NCBI GenBank assembly: GCA_035358035.1
Contig: DAOPOS010000011.1
Span: 1,477 to 65,476, forward strand
Length of the DNA stretch: 64,000 nucleotides
From: Syntrophales bacterium
GTDB lineage: Bacteria; Desulfobacterota; Syntrophia; Syntrophales; UBA2251
Direction of reading: 5' to 3'
The notes below the pieces were generated by a model that worked only from the letters and a program-made list of their open reading frames with translations, searched no databases and was not told the DNA's origin. Positions within the stretch are counted from its first letter, which is position 1, and each line of letters starts with the position of its first letter. This document shows positions 1 through 9,566 of the stretch, one piece after another. The translations under genes and the position numbers were made by a program.

Positions 1-574
1 CGATCACGGAGACGGTGAGAAGCACTGCGAGCGGAACGACGATGATCGTGGCGAGCAGACCCCAGAGGAAGGCCCGGAAGGTATGGTGCCGGATGGCGGT
101 GGCGATGGTCTCGAAGGGCTTGGGCATCAGGGTGACCGTGATCAGCGCAATCACCAGGATCATGAAAAAGATGCAGATCGAGAGGATGGCAAACACCCAG
201 GACCAGCCCTCCCAGTCCTCCGTCAGGACGGTGGAAACGGCCGTGGTGAGCTGAGTGGAATTGATCTCGATGAGATCGCCCCGGACGTCCGCTCCCCGCC
301 CCTTGACGATGACCCCGCCGATGGAGATGCAATCCCCCGCCACGACGGCGCCGCTTCCCAGAACGACGGAACCCCCGATGGCCACGGCATCTCCCTGAAC
401 CGTGCCGTCCACGGTCACCTGTCCCCCGATGGCCGTGGCGTTCTTGACGGTGACGCCTTCACTGACGATCACGTCATTGCCGATTTTGGTGACGGACGAC
501 ACCTCCGCCCGGGCCATGGCCGCCATCCAAAGCACCAGACCGACGGACAGAAGAATGATCAAGGGTCGTTTCAT
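1..574 (-). CDS. exported beta-helix repeat (bactofilin/polymer-forming-like) protein with polytopic membrane tail; 3' end runs off the window
   Basis: Not in the ORF track. Reverse-complement reading starts at ATG 574-572, preceded by GAGGAG. It gives MKRPLIILLSVGLVLWMAAMARA (signal-like), then repeats GGQVTVDGTVQGDAVAIGGSVVLGSGAVVAGDCISIGGVIVKG, then hydrophobic helices. The frame stays open to position 1. Confidence 0.6.
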   Translation of the reverse strand, partial: MKRPLIILLSVGLVLWMAAMARAEVSSVTKIGNDVIVSEGVTVKNATAIGGQVTVDGTVQGDAVAIGGSVVLGSGAVVAGDCISIGGVIVKGRGADVRGDLIEINSTQLTTAVSTVLTEDWEGWSWVFAILSICIFFMILVIALITVTLMPKPFETIATAIRHHTFRAFLWGLLATIIVVPLAVLLTVSVI

Positions 575-744
575 CGTTTCTCCTCGCGGCAGGGGCCGCT
601 GCCGGGCCGGGAATGGCCTGGCGCAGGCCGGCGGGACGCATCGCGCCCCTGCCCGCTCGAACCTGACACGCGCCAAGCTGGCCGGAGTATAGAGAAGCGT
701 CACGCGCGTGTCAATTGGAAAGACGGCGTTATCGCCGGAAGGGA

Positions 745-773
745 TTGTTTTTCCGGGGGAGGGGTGGTATAAA
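745..773 (+). promoter_or_regulatory. putative sigma-70 promoter for hypAB (TTGTTT-N17-TATAAA)
   Basis: TTGTTT at 745-750, a 17-nt spacer, TATAAA at 768-773; about 60 nt upstream of the hypA ATG. Confidence 0.3.
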
Positions 774-834
774 TTCGGCCCCGGTCGCAGGGATGGCCGA
801 GGCGTGGAAGGGAAGCGGACCGGGGGAGGGGCGG

Positions 835-1185
835 ATGCACGAGCTGGCGGTGACGGAGAGCATTCTGAATGTGGTGCTCAGGCACGCGGGACAGAACGGC
901 GTCCGCCGGGTCCTGGGAATCGCCCTGAGGATCGGGGAGCTCAGCGACCTGGAGGACACGTGGCTGCAGCGCTACTTCGACTACCTGAGCAAGGATACCC
1001 TGGCTGCCGGCGCCCGGCTGCACATCGAGCGCGTTCCCGTGGTCTTCCGCTGCGAGCCCTGCCGCCACGACTTTCCCGTCAATGTCCGCGAGATGGATCA
1101 GGTCCGCTGCCCCAGGTGCGGCGGGGAGCGGATGACGCTCGTCTCCGGTCGCGAATATTTCATTAAAAATATCGAGGTGATATGA
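835..1185 (+). CDS. hypA: hydrogenase nickel-insertion protein HypA
   Basis: MHELAVTESILNVV N-terminus and CxxC...CPxCG zinc motifs (CEPC, CPRCG). Internal ATG at 835 of ORF 715..1185. Confidence 0.85.
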   Translation: MHELAVTESILNVVLRHAGQNGVRRVLGIALRIGELSDLEDTWLQRYFDYLSKDTLAAGARLHIERVPVVFRCEPCRHDFPVNVREMDQVRCPRCGGERMTLVSGREYFIKNIEVI

Positions 1186-1859
1186 TGTCAGACGTCCGCT
1201 TGATCGACATTCGGGAAGAGATCCTCTCCGATAACCAGGAACTCGCCGGAAAGATCCGCGCCGACCTGGGCCGGCATGGCGTCTTCATGCTGAACCTGAT
1301 GTCCTCTCCCGGCGCCGGGAAAACCAGCCTGATCCTCCGAACCCTGTCGGCCTTGAGGGACCGCGTGCGGATCGGCGTCATCGAGGGGGACATCGCCTCC
1401 TCCGTGGATGCCGAGAAGGTGAGCCGCGAGGGGGTGCCGGCGGTGCAGCTGCGAACGGGAGGCTTCTGTCACCTCGACGCGCCGATGATTGAGCGGGCGC
1501 TCAAGGAGCTCGACCTCGCGGATCTGGATTGCATCATCATCGAGAACGTGGGGAACCTGGTCTGCCCCGCCGAGTTCGACACCGGTTCCCAGAAGCGCGC
1601 CATGATCCTGAGCGTTCCGGAAGGGGACGACAAGCCCCTGAAATACCCGCTCATGTTTTCCGTCTGCGATGCCCTGGTCGTCAACAAGGTCGACTATCTG
1701 GGGACCTCGGACTTCGATCTGGAACGGCTGAGCGAGCGGGTTTGCAGGCTCAATCCCGCCATCCGGATCTTCCCCGTCTCCTGCAAGACCGGTGAGGGGA
1801 TCGCGGAATGGACCGGCTGGCTTGCCGAACAGGTCGCAGGCGCCAGGCCGCCCGCCTGA
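1182..1859 (+). CDS. hypB: hydrogenase maturation GTPase HypB
   Basis: P-loop SSPGAGKTS, plus ENVGNLVCPA and NKVD motifs. ATGA overlap with the hypA stop. Confidence 0.9.
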   Translation: MMSDVRLIDIREEILSDNQELAGKIRADLGRHGVFMLNLMSSPGAGKTSLILRTLSALRDRVRIGVIEGDIASSVDAEKVSREGVPAVQLRTGGFCHLDAPMIERALKELDLADLDCIIIENVGNLVCPAEFDTGSQKRAMILSVPEGDDKPLKYPLMFSVCDALVVNKVDYLGTSDFDLERLSERVCRLNPAIRIFPVSCKTGEGIAEWTGWLAEQVAGARPPA

Positions 1860-1868
1860 CGGTCCCCG

Positions 1869-3176
1869 ATGAATGCCCGGACTTCGGATCTCGATGCCAT
1901 CTTCGCCGCGGCGCTGGCCGCCGTGGATCCGGAGCCGGCCGTCCGCGACCAGCTGGACGGTGTCCGCGCCCTCTATCAGCGCGAGGGGCATCGCCGCCTG
2001 ATCGTGACCGGATTCGGAAAGGCCGCCTTCGCCATGGCGCGGGCCGTGCGGCGGGAATTGGCGGATCTGATTGCGGACGGGTGCATCGTCACCAAGGACG
2101 GTCACCGCGTCCCGGATGTCTCCCTGGACCCGATCCGGGTGCGGGAGGCCGGGCATCCCCTGCCGGATGAGCGGGGGCTGGCGGCGACGGCCGAGATCCT
2201 TCGTCTGGGGGCGGGAGACGAGCGGATCCTGGTCGTCAATCTGGTCTCCGGCGGCGGATCGGCCCTCCTGGTTGCCCCCGCCCCCGGCGTTTCCCTCGCG
2301 GAAAAGCAGCGGGTGACGGAGCAGCTCCTGAAGGCCGGCGCCACGATTCAGGAATTGAACGCCGTCCGCAAGCACCTCTCCCGGGTCAAGGGGGGACGCC
2401 TGGCGGCGCACCTCCACCCCGCGCGAACCCTTTCTTTTATCCTGTCCGATGTCATCGGAGACGCGGTCGACGTGATCGCCTCCGGGCCGACGGCGCCCGA
2501 TCCGACCACCTACGACGAGGCGTGGGCCGTCCTCGAGCGTCACCGGCTCTTTTCGGACGTTCCCGACGCCGTCCGGGCGCTGCTGAACCGGGGCCGGCGC
2601 GGGGAGCTTCCGGAAACACCGAAGCCGGGGGATCCGGTTTTCTCCCGGGTGGAAAACCGGATCGTCGGCAGCAACCGTCTGGCCCTGGCCGCGGCCGGCC
2701 GCCGCGCCGAATCCCTGGGGTACGCGGTCCGGATCCTCTCGGCGGAGCTGGCCGGAGAGGCGGTCGAGGTCGGGAAGGCGCTGGCGGCGGTCGCCCTGCG
2801 GGCGAGAACCGAAGATGGAAAAGGCCGGAACAGGCTCTGTCTGCTCGCCGGCGGCGAGACGACGGTGACGGTCCGGGGCGCGGGGCGCGGGGGACGGAAC
2901 CAGGAGCTGGCCCTCGCCTTTGCGATGGAAATCGCCGGCGTCGAGGGCATCACGATGCTGTCCGCGGGAACGGACGGGACGGACGGTCCGACGGACGCCG
3001 CCGGCGCCCGGGTGGACGGTCGGACCGTGATCCGGGCGGAGCGCAGGGGCCTGGCGGCGGGCGACCATCTCGCGCGCAACGACAGCCACACCTTTTTCGA
3101 GCGGCTCGGCGAACGGTTCGTCACGGGTCCCACGGGAACGAATGTCATGGACATCCAGGTCATCCTCATCGGATAA
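1869..3176 (+). CDS. glycerate 2-kinase / hydroxypyruvate reductase-like (DUF4147 + MOFRL family)
   Basis: GFGKAAFAMA, LVSGGGSALL, KHLSRVKGGRLA, LSDVIGD, and C-terminal TGTNVMD typical of the TtuD/GckA family. Confidence 0.75.
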   Translation: MNARTSDLDAIFAAALAAVDPEPAVRDQLDGVRALYQREGHRRLIVTGFGKAAFAMARAVRRELADLIADGCIVTKDGHRVPDVSLDPIRVREAGHPLPDERGLAATAEILRLGAGDERILVVNLVSGGGSALLVAPAPGVSLAEKQRVTEQLLKAGATIQELNAVRKHLSRVKGGRLAAHLHPARTLSFILSDVIGDAVDVIASGPTAPDPTTYDEAWAVLERHRLFSDVPDAVRALLNRGRRGELPETPKPGDPVFSRVENRIVGSNRLALAAAGRRAESLGYAVRILSAELAGEAVEVGKALAAVALRARTEDGKGRNRLCLLAGGETTVTVRGAGRGGRNQELALAFAMEIAGVEGITMLSAGTDGTDGPTDAAGARVDGRTVIRAERRGLAAGDHLARNDSHTFFERLGERFVTGPTGTNVMDIQVILIG

Positions 3177-3206
3177 AGACACCGCTGCTCATCGGAGGTC
3201 AGGATC

Positions 3207-4562
3207 ATGTGCGACACCTTTGTGGCAACACCCGATTTCACGGCGACGGGGCATCTCATTTTCGGAAAGAATTCGGACCGGGAGCCGAATGAGGCGCAGG
3301 CCATCGTGCGGTATCCGGCCGCCGAGACGGACGCGCCCGATGTCCAAGCGACCTATATCCGCATCCCGCAGGTTCCCCGGACCTTCGAGGTCCTCCTCTC
3401 CCAACCCTTCCACATGTGGGGGGGCGAGATGGGGGTCAATGAGCGCGGGGTGGTGATCGGCAACGAGGCCGTCTTCACGCGGGTCGGGATCGACCGGAAG
3501 ACGCCGGGCTTGACCGGCATGGACCTCTTGCGGTTCGCCCTGGAGCGCAGCGCCTCCGCCACGGCGGCCCTGGAGACGGTGACCGGTCTGCTCGAGCGTT
3601 ACGGCCAGGACGCCTGCGGCGGGTACGAGAACCGCCGGATGTTCTACCACAACAGTTTTCTCATCGCCGATCCGAACGAGGCCTATTGCATGGAAACCGC
3701 CGGACGGCACTGGGCCGCCCTCCGCGTGCGGGGCTTCCGCTCCATTTCCAACGGCCTCACCATCGAGTCGGACTACGACCGGATCAGCGGCGGGTGCATC
3801 GACTTCGCGCGCCGCCGGGGATGGCTGAAGCGGGGCGCGACCTTCAGCTTCCGCGGGTGCTTCAGCGACGTCTTTTACACCCACTTCAGCGGCTCGCGCC
3901 TCCGGAGGGAACGAACCATGCGGGCGGGCCTGGCGGCGCACGGGCGCCTGACGGCGGCGGCGGCGATGGACATCCTCCGCATGGAGGGCGACCCGGACCG
4001 GACGGGGCCGTTCCACCCGGCCCGCTCGGACATGGGGTCGATCTGCATGCACGCCACCGGTCTGTTCACGCCCTCCCAGACAGCGGGTTCGCTCGTCGCG
4101 GAGATGCGCCCCGCCGGACCGTCCACATGCTGGATGACCGGAACGTCGATCCCGAGCACGGCCGTCTTCCTTCCCCTGACCCTGCCCGGGACAACCCTGC
4201 TGGATGCCGGCGGGCGCATGCCCGCGGCGCGGGCCGACGACTCCCTGTGGTGGCGGCACGAGCGGCTCTACCGGTTGTGCCTCACGAACTATCCCGCGGC
4301 CCTGGACGCCTTCCGGCGGGAGCAGGCGGAGCTAGAGGACGCGTTCGTCCGCGGGGAGAGGGCCCTGTTCGACGGCGACGCTCCGGCCGCCGCCGCGCTC
4401 GACGCCTATTCCGCGGACTGCCTGGCGCGCGTCCAGGAGGCGTACCGGGCCTGGCACGACCGGGTGGCGGCGCTCCGGCTGAAGCCCGCGCCCCGCGCCC
4501 CCCTGTACCGGCGGCGGTGGCGGCTCTGGAACCGCCGGGCGGGGCTTTCTCTGCCCGCCTGA
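3207..4562 (+). CDS. secernin-like peptidase C69 family Ntn hydrolase
   Basis: Starts MCDTFVA...GHLIFGKNSDREPNEAQ (Cys2 nucleophile pattern of secernin/C69). GGAGG RBS upstream. Confidence 0.65.
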   Translation: MCDTFVATPDFTATGHLIFGKNSDREPNEAQAIVRYPAAETDAPDVQATYIRIPQVPRTFEVLLSQPFHMWGGEMGVNERGVVIGNEAVFTRVGIDRKTPGLTGMDLLRFALERSASATAALETVTGLLERYGQDACGGYENRRMFYHNSFLIADPNEAYCMETAGRHWAALRVRGFRSISNGLTIESDYDRISGGCIDFARRRGWLKRGATFSFRGCFSDVFYTHFSGSRLRRERTMRAGLAAHGRLTAAAAMDILRMEGDPDRTGPFHPARSDMGSICMHATGLFTPSQTAGSLVAEMRPAGPSTCWMTGTSIPSTAVFLPLTLPGTTLLDAGGRMPAARADDSLWWRHERLYRLCLTNYPAALDAFRREQAELEDAFVRGERALFDGDAPAAAALDAYSADCLARVQEAYRAWHDRVAALRLKPAPRAPLYRRRWRLWNRRAGLSLPA

Positions 4563-4582
4563 CGGAACGGTCGGGGCGACCG

Positions 4583-5698
4583 TTAGCGGAAGGTCGCCCG
4601 GAAGCGGAAAAGCGCGGCGAGAAAGAGGACGGCGCCGATGAGCGCCATGGTCGCGAGGGCCTCCCAGACGATCGCCGTTCCGGCCCCGCGGATGAGAACC
4701 GCCGACGAGAACTGGACGTAGTGCGTTGTCGGAAAGACCGACATCGCCGTCTGCAGGAACGGCGGCATGGCCTCGAGCGGCGTCATGGCGCCGGAGAGCA
4801 TCGTGATCGGCGTGATGACGGGCACGCAGAGCAGTCCCAGTTGCGGCCCGTTCCGGGCGATGGTGGCGAGGAGGATGCCGAGCCCGGTGGTGGCGAAAAG
4901 ATAGACGACCGTCCCGGCGAGAAAGAGCGGGAACGAGCCCGCCGCCGGCGCCCCCAAAACCCCCCGGACCACGAGCCACAGCGAGAAGATGGCGCCCGTC
5001 AGGACGACGAGGCTGTTTGCCCAGACCTTGGCGATCATGATCTCCGGCGGGGACAGCGGCATGACCAGCAGGTGCTCCACCGTCCCGTGCTCCCGTTCCC
5101 GGAGCAGCGCGGCCGCGGGCAGGATGATGGAGAGCATGGTGATCATGTTGACGAGCATCATGAGCCCCATGAACCAGGTGTTCTGGCGGTTCGGGTTGTA
5201 ACGGACGCGGACGGCCTGCTGCACGGCGGGCGCCGGCGCCTGCCGCTCGCCCAGCAAATAGGCCGAGATCTCGGCGGCGATCATTTTCTTCAGGTAGGTG
5301 GTTCCCATCTTCGCATGACCGATGGCCGTTCCGTCGACATCGATCCGGATCTCGGCCGGCCGGCCGGCCAGGACGTCCGACTGGAAACCGGGCGGGATGT
5401 CGATGACGAAGGTCACGGCGCTGCGGGCCAGGGTTCCGCCGATCTCCGGGAAGGTCAGGTCCCGGGGCGTCTGAAAATAGGGTTTGCGAATGGACGCGCG
5501 GATGCGGGCCGAAAGGGGGCTTTGGTCCTCGTCGACGATCGCGACGGAGGCGTTGTTCACCTGAAGCCCGGTTCCCTTCGCCGTCACGACGATCAGGGCG
5601 GAAAACGAATACACGAGGAAAAAGATCAGGATGTATTCGTGGCGGATGCTGATGAGCTCCTTCAAGCCCAGCCGGTAGATGTGGGCGATCCGGTTCAT
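4583..5698 (-). CDS. ABC-2 type transporter permease (YhhJ-like)
   Basis: Internal ATG at 5698 (MNRIAHIYRLGLKEL) of the 626-aa ORF. Large periplasmic loop, then 5-6 TM helices. Starts 3 nt after the upstream gene's stop. Confidence 0.8.
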   Translation of the reverse strand: MNRIAHIYRLGLKELISIRHEYILIFFLVYSFSALIVVTAKGTGLQVNNASVAIVDEDQSPLSARIRASIRKPYFQTPRDLTFPEIGGTLARSAVTFVIDIPPGFQSDVLAGRPAEIRIDVDGTAIGHAKMGTTYLKKMIAAEISAYLLGERQAPAPAVQQAVRVRYNPNRQNTWFMGLMMLVNMITMLSIILPAAALLREREHGTVEHLLVMPLSPPEIMIAKVWANSLVVLTGAIFSLWLVVRGVLGAPAAGSFPLFLAGTVVYLFATTGLGILLATIARNGPQLGLLCVPVITPITMLSGAMTPLEAMPPFLQTAMSVFPTTHYVQFSSAVLIRGAGTAIVWEALATMALIGAVLFLAALFRFRATFR

Positions 5699-5700
5699 CG

Positions 5701-8463
5701 TTATTTCTCCTGCTTGGTGAGCAGCGCGACCGTCGTGACCGTCAGGGCGACGCACATCGCAGCCAGGACCAGATAATGGGTCGCCAGTTCCGGAAACCCG
5801 ATGGCCTTGGTGAAGGTCCCCACGCTGATGTCGAGAAAGTAGTGGGCGGGGAAGGTCCGGGCCATGAAGGCGGCGCCGCCCGTGAGCGACGAGACCGGCG
5901 TCAGGAGGCCGGAGAACTGGAACGCGGGAACCATCGTCAGGACGAAGGCCGCCACCAGCGCCGCGATCTGCGTCCGGGTGAAGGTGGAGACGAGCAGCCC
6001 GAGCCCCGTGCTGGCGAAGAGATAGAGCAGGGTCCCGACGGCGAGGGCCGGGAAGCTGCCCCGGAAGGGGATCTGAAACACCCCGAGAATGATCGCGATC
6101 AGCGCGAGGAAATTGGCGGCGTTGACGACGATGTAGGGGAGCTGCTTCCCCCACAGAAACTCCAGCCGCGTGACCGGACTGGTGTAGAGGTTCGTGATGG
6201 AGCCGAGCTCCTTTTCCCGTACCACGGCCACCGCCGTCAGCAGGGTGGGCACGAGCAGCAGGACCGCCGCCAGAACGCCCGGGACGATGGCCAGGCGGCT
6301 CCGGACGTTGGGGTTGTACCAGTAGCGGGATTCGATCTGTACCGCGCCCCCCGCGGCCGTCAGGGCGGCCGCCCCCGGCCGTTCGGCCAGATACGCCAGA
6401 TGGACGGCCTCCGCGTAATTCTTCGCCGTTTCCGCGCGGAACGGCATGGTCCCGTCGATCCACACCCCCACCGCGGGGTTGCGTTCCCGCTTCAGGTCTC
6501 TGGCGAACCCTGGCGGAATCTCGATGACCAGGGAGTAATTCAGCTTCTGAAACCCGCGCTCCATCTCCAGCGGAGACAGGATGCGTCCCCGGTCCCGGAA
6601 ATAGGGCGAGCCGGTGTAATGCTCGACGTACGCGCGGCTTGCCGCCGTTCCGTCATGGTCGAGGACGGCGAAGCGGATCGCATCGAGATCCGTGTTGATC
6701 CCGTAGCCGTACACCAAAAGCAGCAGCGGTGCCACGAGGAGGGCAAAGAGCAGGAGGACCGGGTCCCGGAGGAGTTCGAGCGTCTCCTTGTGCGCCACGG
6801 CGAATAGACGGTGGATATCGAAGCGGCGCCGGGATTCCGGCCGCGCCGGAGGCGCCAGGACCGTGGCGGGACGTTCGGGGCCGCCGGCTTCGCCCGCGTC
6901 CGCTTCACGGTCGTCCCCGCCGGCATCCTCCCGCATGTAGGCGATGAACGCCTCTTCCAGGGTCCGGCACTGCCGGCGACGCGTGAGTTCCGCAGGGCTG
7001 TCGCAGGCCAGGACGCGCCCCTGGCTCATCAGGGCCACCCGGTCGCAGCGGCCGGCCTCGTTCATGTAGTGGGTCGTGATGAAGATCGTCACTTGGCGCT
7101 CGCGGGAAAGTCCGGCCAGGAGTTCCCAGAAGTGATCCCGGGCGATGGGATCCACCCCCGAGGTGGGTTCGTCCAGGATCAGGACCTCCGGATCGTGGAT
7201 CGCGGCCACGGCGAGGGACAGCCGCTGGCGGATGCCGAGGGGCAGCCGCTCCGCCTGGTCGTCCATGACGCCGCCCAGATCGAAATCTGCACTCATTTCC
7301 TCCACCCGGGCGGGGATCGCGGCCGCGGGCAGGTCGAAGAGGTGGGCATGCAGGGTCAGGTTCTGCCGGACGGTCAGCTCGCCGTACAGGGAAAAGGTCT
7401 GGGACATGTACCCGATGCGTTTGCGCATGGCGATGCTGCCGGCGTCGACCGCGCTGCCGAACAGGTACGCCTCGCCCGCCGTGGGAGGGAGAAGCCCCGT
7501 CACCATCCTCATCGTGGTCGTCTTGCCGCAGCCGTTGGAGCCGACAAAGCCGAAGATTTCGCCTTTCGGGATCGTGAAGGAGACGTCCTCGACGGCGGTG
7601 AAGGCCCCGAAACGCTTGGTGAGGTGCTGGGCCTCGATGGCCGCGCCATCCGCGGAGAGGATGCGGGGGGGGACGGCAAAGACGCGATGACCGGCACGCC
7701 CCTCCTCCGGGAGCAGGGCGATGTAGGCCTCCTCGATCGTCTCTTTGCCGCTGAGCGCCTTTAACTCCCCCGGGGTTCCCGCGGCCAGCACGCGTCCCCC
7801 CGCCATCATGACCAGCCAGTCGAGGTGCTCCGCCTCTTCCATGTAGGCCGTGGCGACGAGAATGCTCATGCCGCGATGCCGAAGCCGCATCTCGTCGATC
7901 AATTTCCAGAACTGCTGCCGGGATAGGGGGTCCACCCCCGTCGTCGGCTCGTCCATGACGAGAACGTCGGGATCGTGGATCAGGGCGCAGCACAGCCCCA
8001 GCTTTTGCTTCATGCCCCCGGACAGCTTGCCGGCCGGGCGGTCGGCGAAGGGGGCCAGACGGGTCGCGGCGAGCAGTTCGCGGATGCGCGCTTCGCGCTC
8101 CGGACGGGAGAAATTGTAGAGGCGGCCGAAGAAATCGCAGTTCTCCCGGACCGAAAGGGTGGTGTAAAGATTCTGCCCCAGCCCCTGCGGCATGAACGCA
8201 ATCCGGGAACAGACCTGAAGCCGGTACGATGCGGAACGCATATCGCCGCCGAGGACGGCGACGTCTCCGCGCTGAATCTTTTTCATGCCGGCCAGCACGC
8301 CCAGGATCGTCGACTTGCCGACACCGTCGGGACCGATGAAGCCGACGCGTCGCCCCGCGGGAATCTCCAGGGAGACGTCGTCCAGGGCCCGCCGGGCGCC
8401 GTACCGGTGCCGGAGGCCGGCGATGCGGCAGACGGGGGGCGGGATGTCCGTCTGGTCGTTCAT
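5701..8463 (-). CDS. fused double ABC ATPase + ABC-2 permease (RbbA/YhiH-like)
   Basis: Two Walker A motifs (GPDGVGKST, GSNGCGKTT), two LSGG signatures, and a C-terminal ABC-2 membrane domain; 920 aa. Confidence 0.85.
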   Translation of the reverse strand: MNDQTDIPPPVCRIAGLRHRYGARRALDDVSLEIPAGRRVGFIGPDGVGKSTILGVLAGMKKIQRGDVAVLGGDMRSASYRLQVCSRIAFMPQGLGQNLYTTLSVRENCDFFGRLYNFSRPEREARIRELLAATRLAPFADRPAGKLSGGMKQKLGLCCALIHDPDVLVMDEPTTGVDPLSRQQFWKLIDEMRLRHRGMSILVATAYMEEAEHLDWLVMMAGGRVLAAGTPGELKALSGKETIEEAYIALLPEEGRAGHRVFAVPPRILSADGAAIEAQHLTKRFGAFTAVEDVSFTIPKGEIFGFVGSNGCGKTTTMRMVTGLLPPTAGEAYLFGSAVDAGSIAMRKRIGYMSQTFSLYGELTVRQNLTLHAHLFDLPAAAIPARVEEMSADFDLGGVMDDQAERLPLGIRQRLSLAVAAIHDPEVLILDEPTSGVDPIARDHFWELLAGLSRERQVTIFITTHYMNEAGRCDRVALMSQGRVLACDSPAELTRRRQCRTLEEAFIAYMREDAGGDDREADAGEAGGPERPATVLAPPARPESRRRFDIHRLFAVAHKETLELLRDPVLLLFALLVAPLLLLVYGYGINTDLDAIRFAVLDHDGTAASRAYVEHYTGSPYFRDRGRILSPLEMERGFQKLNYSLVIEIPPGFARDLKRERNPAVGVWIDGTMPFRAETAKNYAEAVHLAYLAERPGAAALTAAGGAVQIESRYWYNPNVRSRLAIVPGVLAAVLLLVPTLLTAVAVVREKELGSITNLYTSPVTRLEFLWGKQLPYIVVNAANFLALIAIILGVFQIPFRGSFPALAVGTLLYLFASTGLGLLVSTFTRTQIAALVAAFVLTMVPAFQFSGLLTPVSSLTGGAAFMARTFPAHYFLDISVGTFTKAIGFPELATHYLVLAAMCVALTVTTVALLTKQEK

Positions 8464-9431
8464 TGCAGGGAGGGGGGCCAGGGGGCCCGGGGATCGAGGC
8501 GCACCCAGGAGACGCCCGGCAGACCCGGTTTCAGGCGGGATTCGCGGTGGGGCTCCAGGCGGACCTTGACCCGGAACGTGAGCTTCTGGCGCTCCTCGGC
8601 CGTTTCCACCTCCTTCGGCGTGAACTGGGCCTTGGCCGAGACGAAGACGACGCGCGCCTTAAAGGGGCGCTCCGGAAAGGCGTCGGACACGACCCGCGCC
8701 TCGGCGCCCAGGGCGAGAGTCCCCGCCTCCTTTTCCGGCAGAAAGACGGTCATGTACATCTCCTCCGGGTCGATGACCGTCAGGACCTTGCCCCCGGCCG
8801 GCAGCACCTCGCCCGGCTCGGCGAGGCGTGCGAGCACGCGCCCCCGGACGGGGCTCCAGAGGGACCCGTCGGCGATTTCGGCCTTCAGGTAGTCCGTCCG
8901 GGCGACGGCCGCCGCGATTGCGGCCTCGGCTTCGGCCACCCTGGCCCGGGCCGCGGCCAAGTCGGCCTCGGCGCTCTGCCGGTTGGTCTGATCGTGCTCC
9001 AGCCGCTGCTGGGTGGCGATTCCCTTGGCCAGAAGCCGCTCCGACCGCTCCAGCTCCCGGCGGGCGAGGACCACCCGGCTCTGGCTCTCATCGACCTTGG
9101 CCAGTGCCGAGCGGCGGACCTCTTCGGCCCGCCGGACCTCCGCCTGGGCCTGCCGGAGCTGGGCCTCGAGCGGCGCGGTATCCATCCGCGCGAGGAGCTG
9201 ATGCGGCTGGACGGCGTCCCCCTCCCGGACAAAGACCGCCACCAGGCGCCCCGGCTGTTTCGTGGCGATATCGATCTCCGTCGCCTCGATGCGGCCGTTG
9301 CCGGCGACGAATCCCGGCGGGACGGTGTTCTGGTCCTGGCGGTGGAGAAGGGCGTAACCGGCGGCGGCCGCCAGCAGGAGCGCGGCGCCGATCCAGACGA
9401 ACCGGGAGGAGACCTTTTTCGTTCCGGCCAT
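8460..9431 (-). CDS. HlyD-family membrane fusion protein (YhiI-like)
   Basis: N-terminal TM, a coiled-coil rich in A/E/R, and a beta-barrel C-terminus. 4-nt overlap with the downstream ABC gene. Confidence 0.8.
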   Translation of the reverse strand: MAGTKKVSSRFVWIGAALLLAAAAGYALLHRQDQNTVPPGFVAGNGRIEATEIDIATKQPGRLVAVFVREGDAVQPHQLLARMDTAPLEAQLRQAQAEVRRAEEVRRSALAKVDESQSRVVLARRELERSERLLAKGIATQQRLEHDQTNRQSAEADLAAARARVAEAEAAIAAAVARTDYLKAEIADGSLWSPVRGRVLARLAEPGEVLPAGGKVLTVIDPEEMYMTVFLPEKEAGTLALGAEARVVSDAFPERPFKARVVFVSAKAQFTPKEVETAEERQKLTFRVKVRLEPHRESRLKPGLPGVSWVRLDPRAPWPPSLQ

Positions 9432-9566
9432 GGCGGTCCTTTCGTACGGGGAACATTCGCGCGGTTCGGGGCGTCCCGTTTCCCGGGGCGGGGTGAGGCG
9501 CCCGCAGCGCAGGAAACCTAACAGATTTCCGGGAAAAAGTAAAAGACCATCGGGGGGAGGGGGGCG

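Noticed and set aside
1188-3182. A 664-aa minus-strand ORF antisense to hypB and the glycerate kinase gene.
   Set aside because: It is an antisense shadow ORF with Arg/Pro/Gly-rich composition and no recognisable motifs. The sense-strand genes are well supported. The same reasoning applies to 3686..5776, 5776..6807, 9088..10947, 13395..15158, 15291..17453, 18706..20454, 18864..21299, 26034..28106, 31383..33029, 35312..37750, 41961..43796, 47377..49131, 52500..53993, 54327..56183, 56059..58179 and 57962..59584.
4583-6463. The full 626-aa ORF as a single permease gene.
   Set aside because: Its upstream 254 codons overlap the 3' end of the RbbA-like gene in another frame. The membrane-protein sequence begins at internal ATG 5698, right after that gene's stop.
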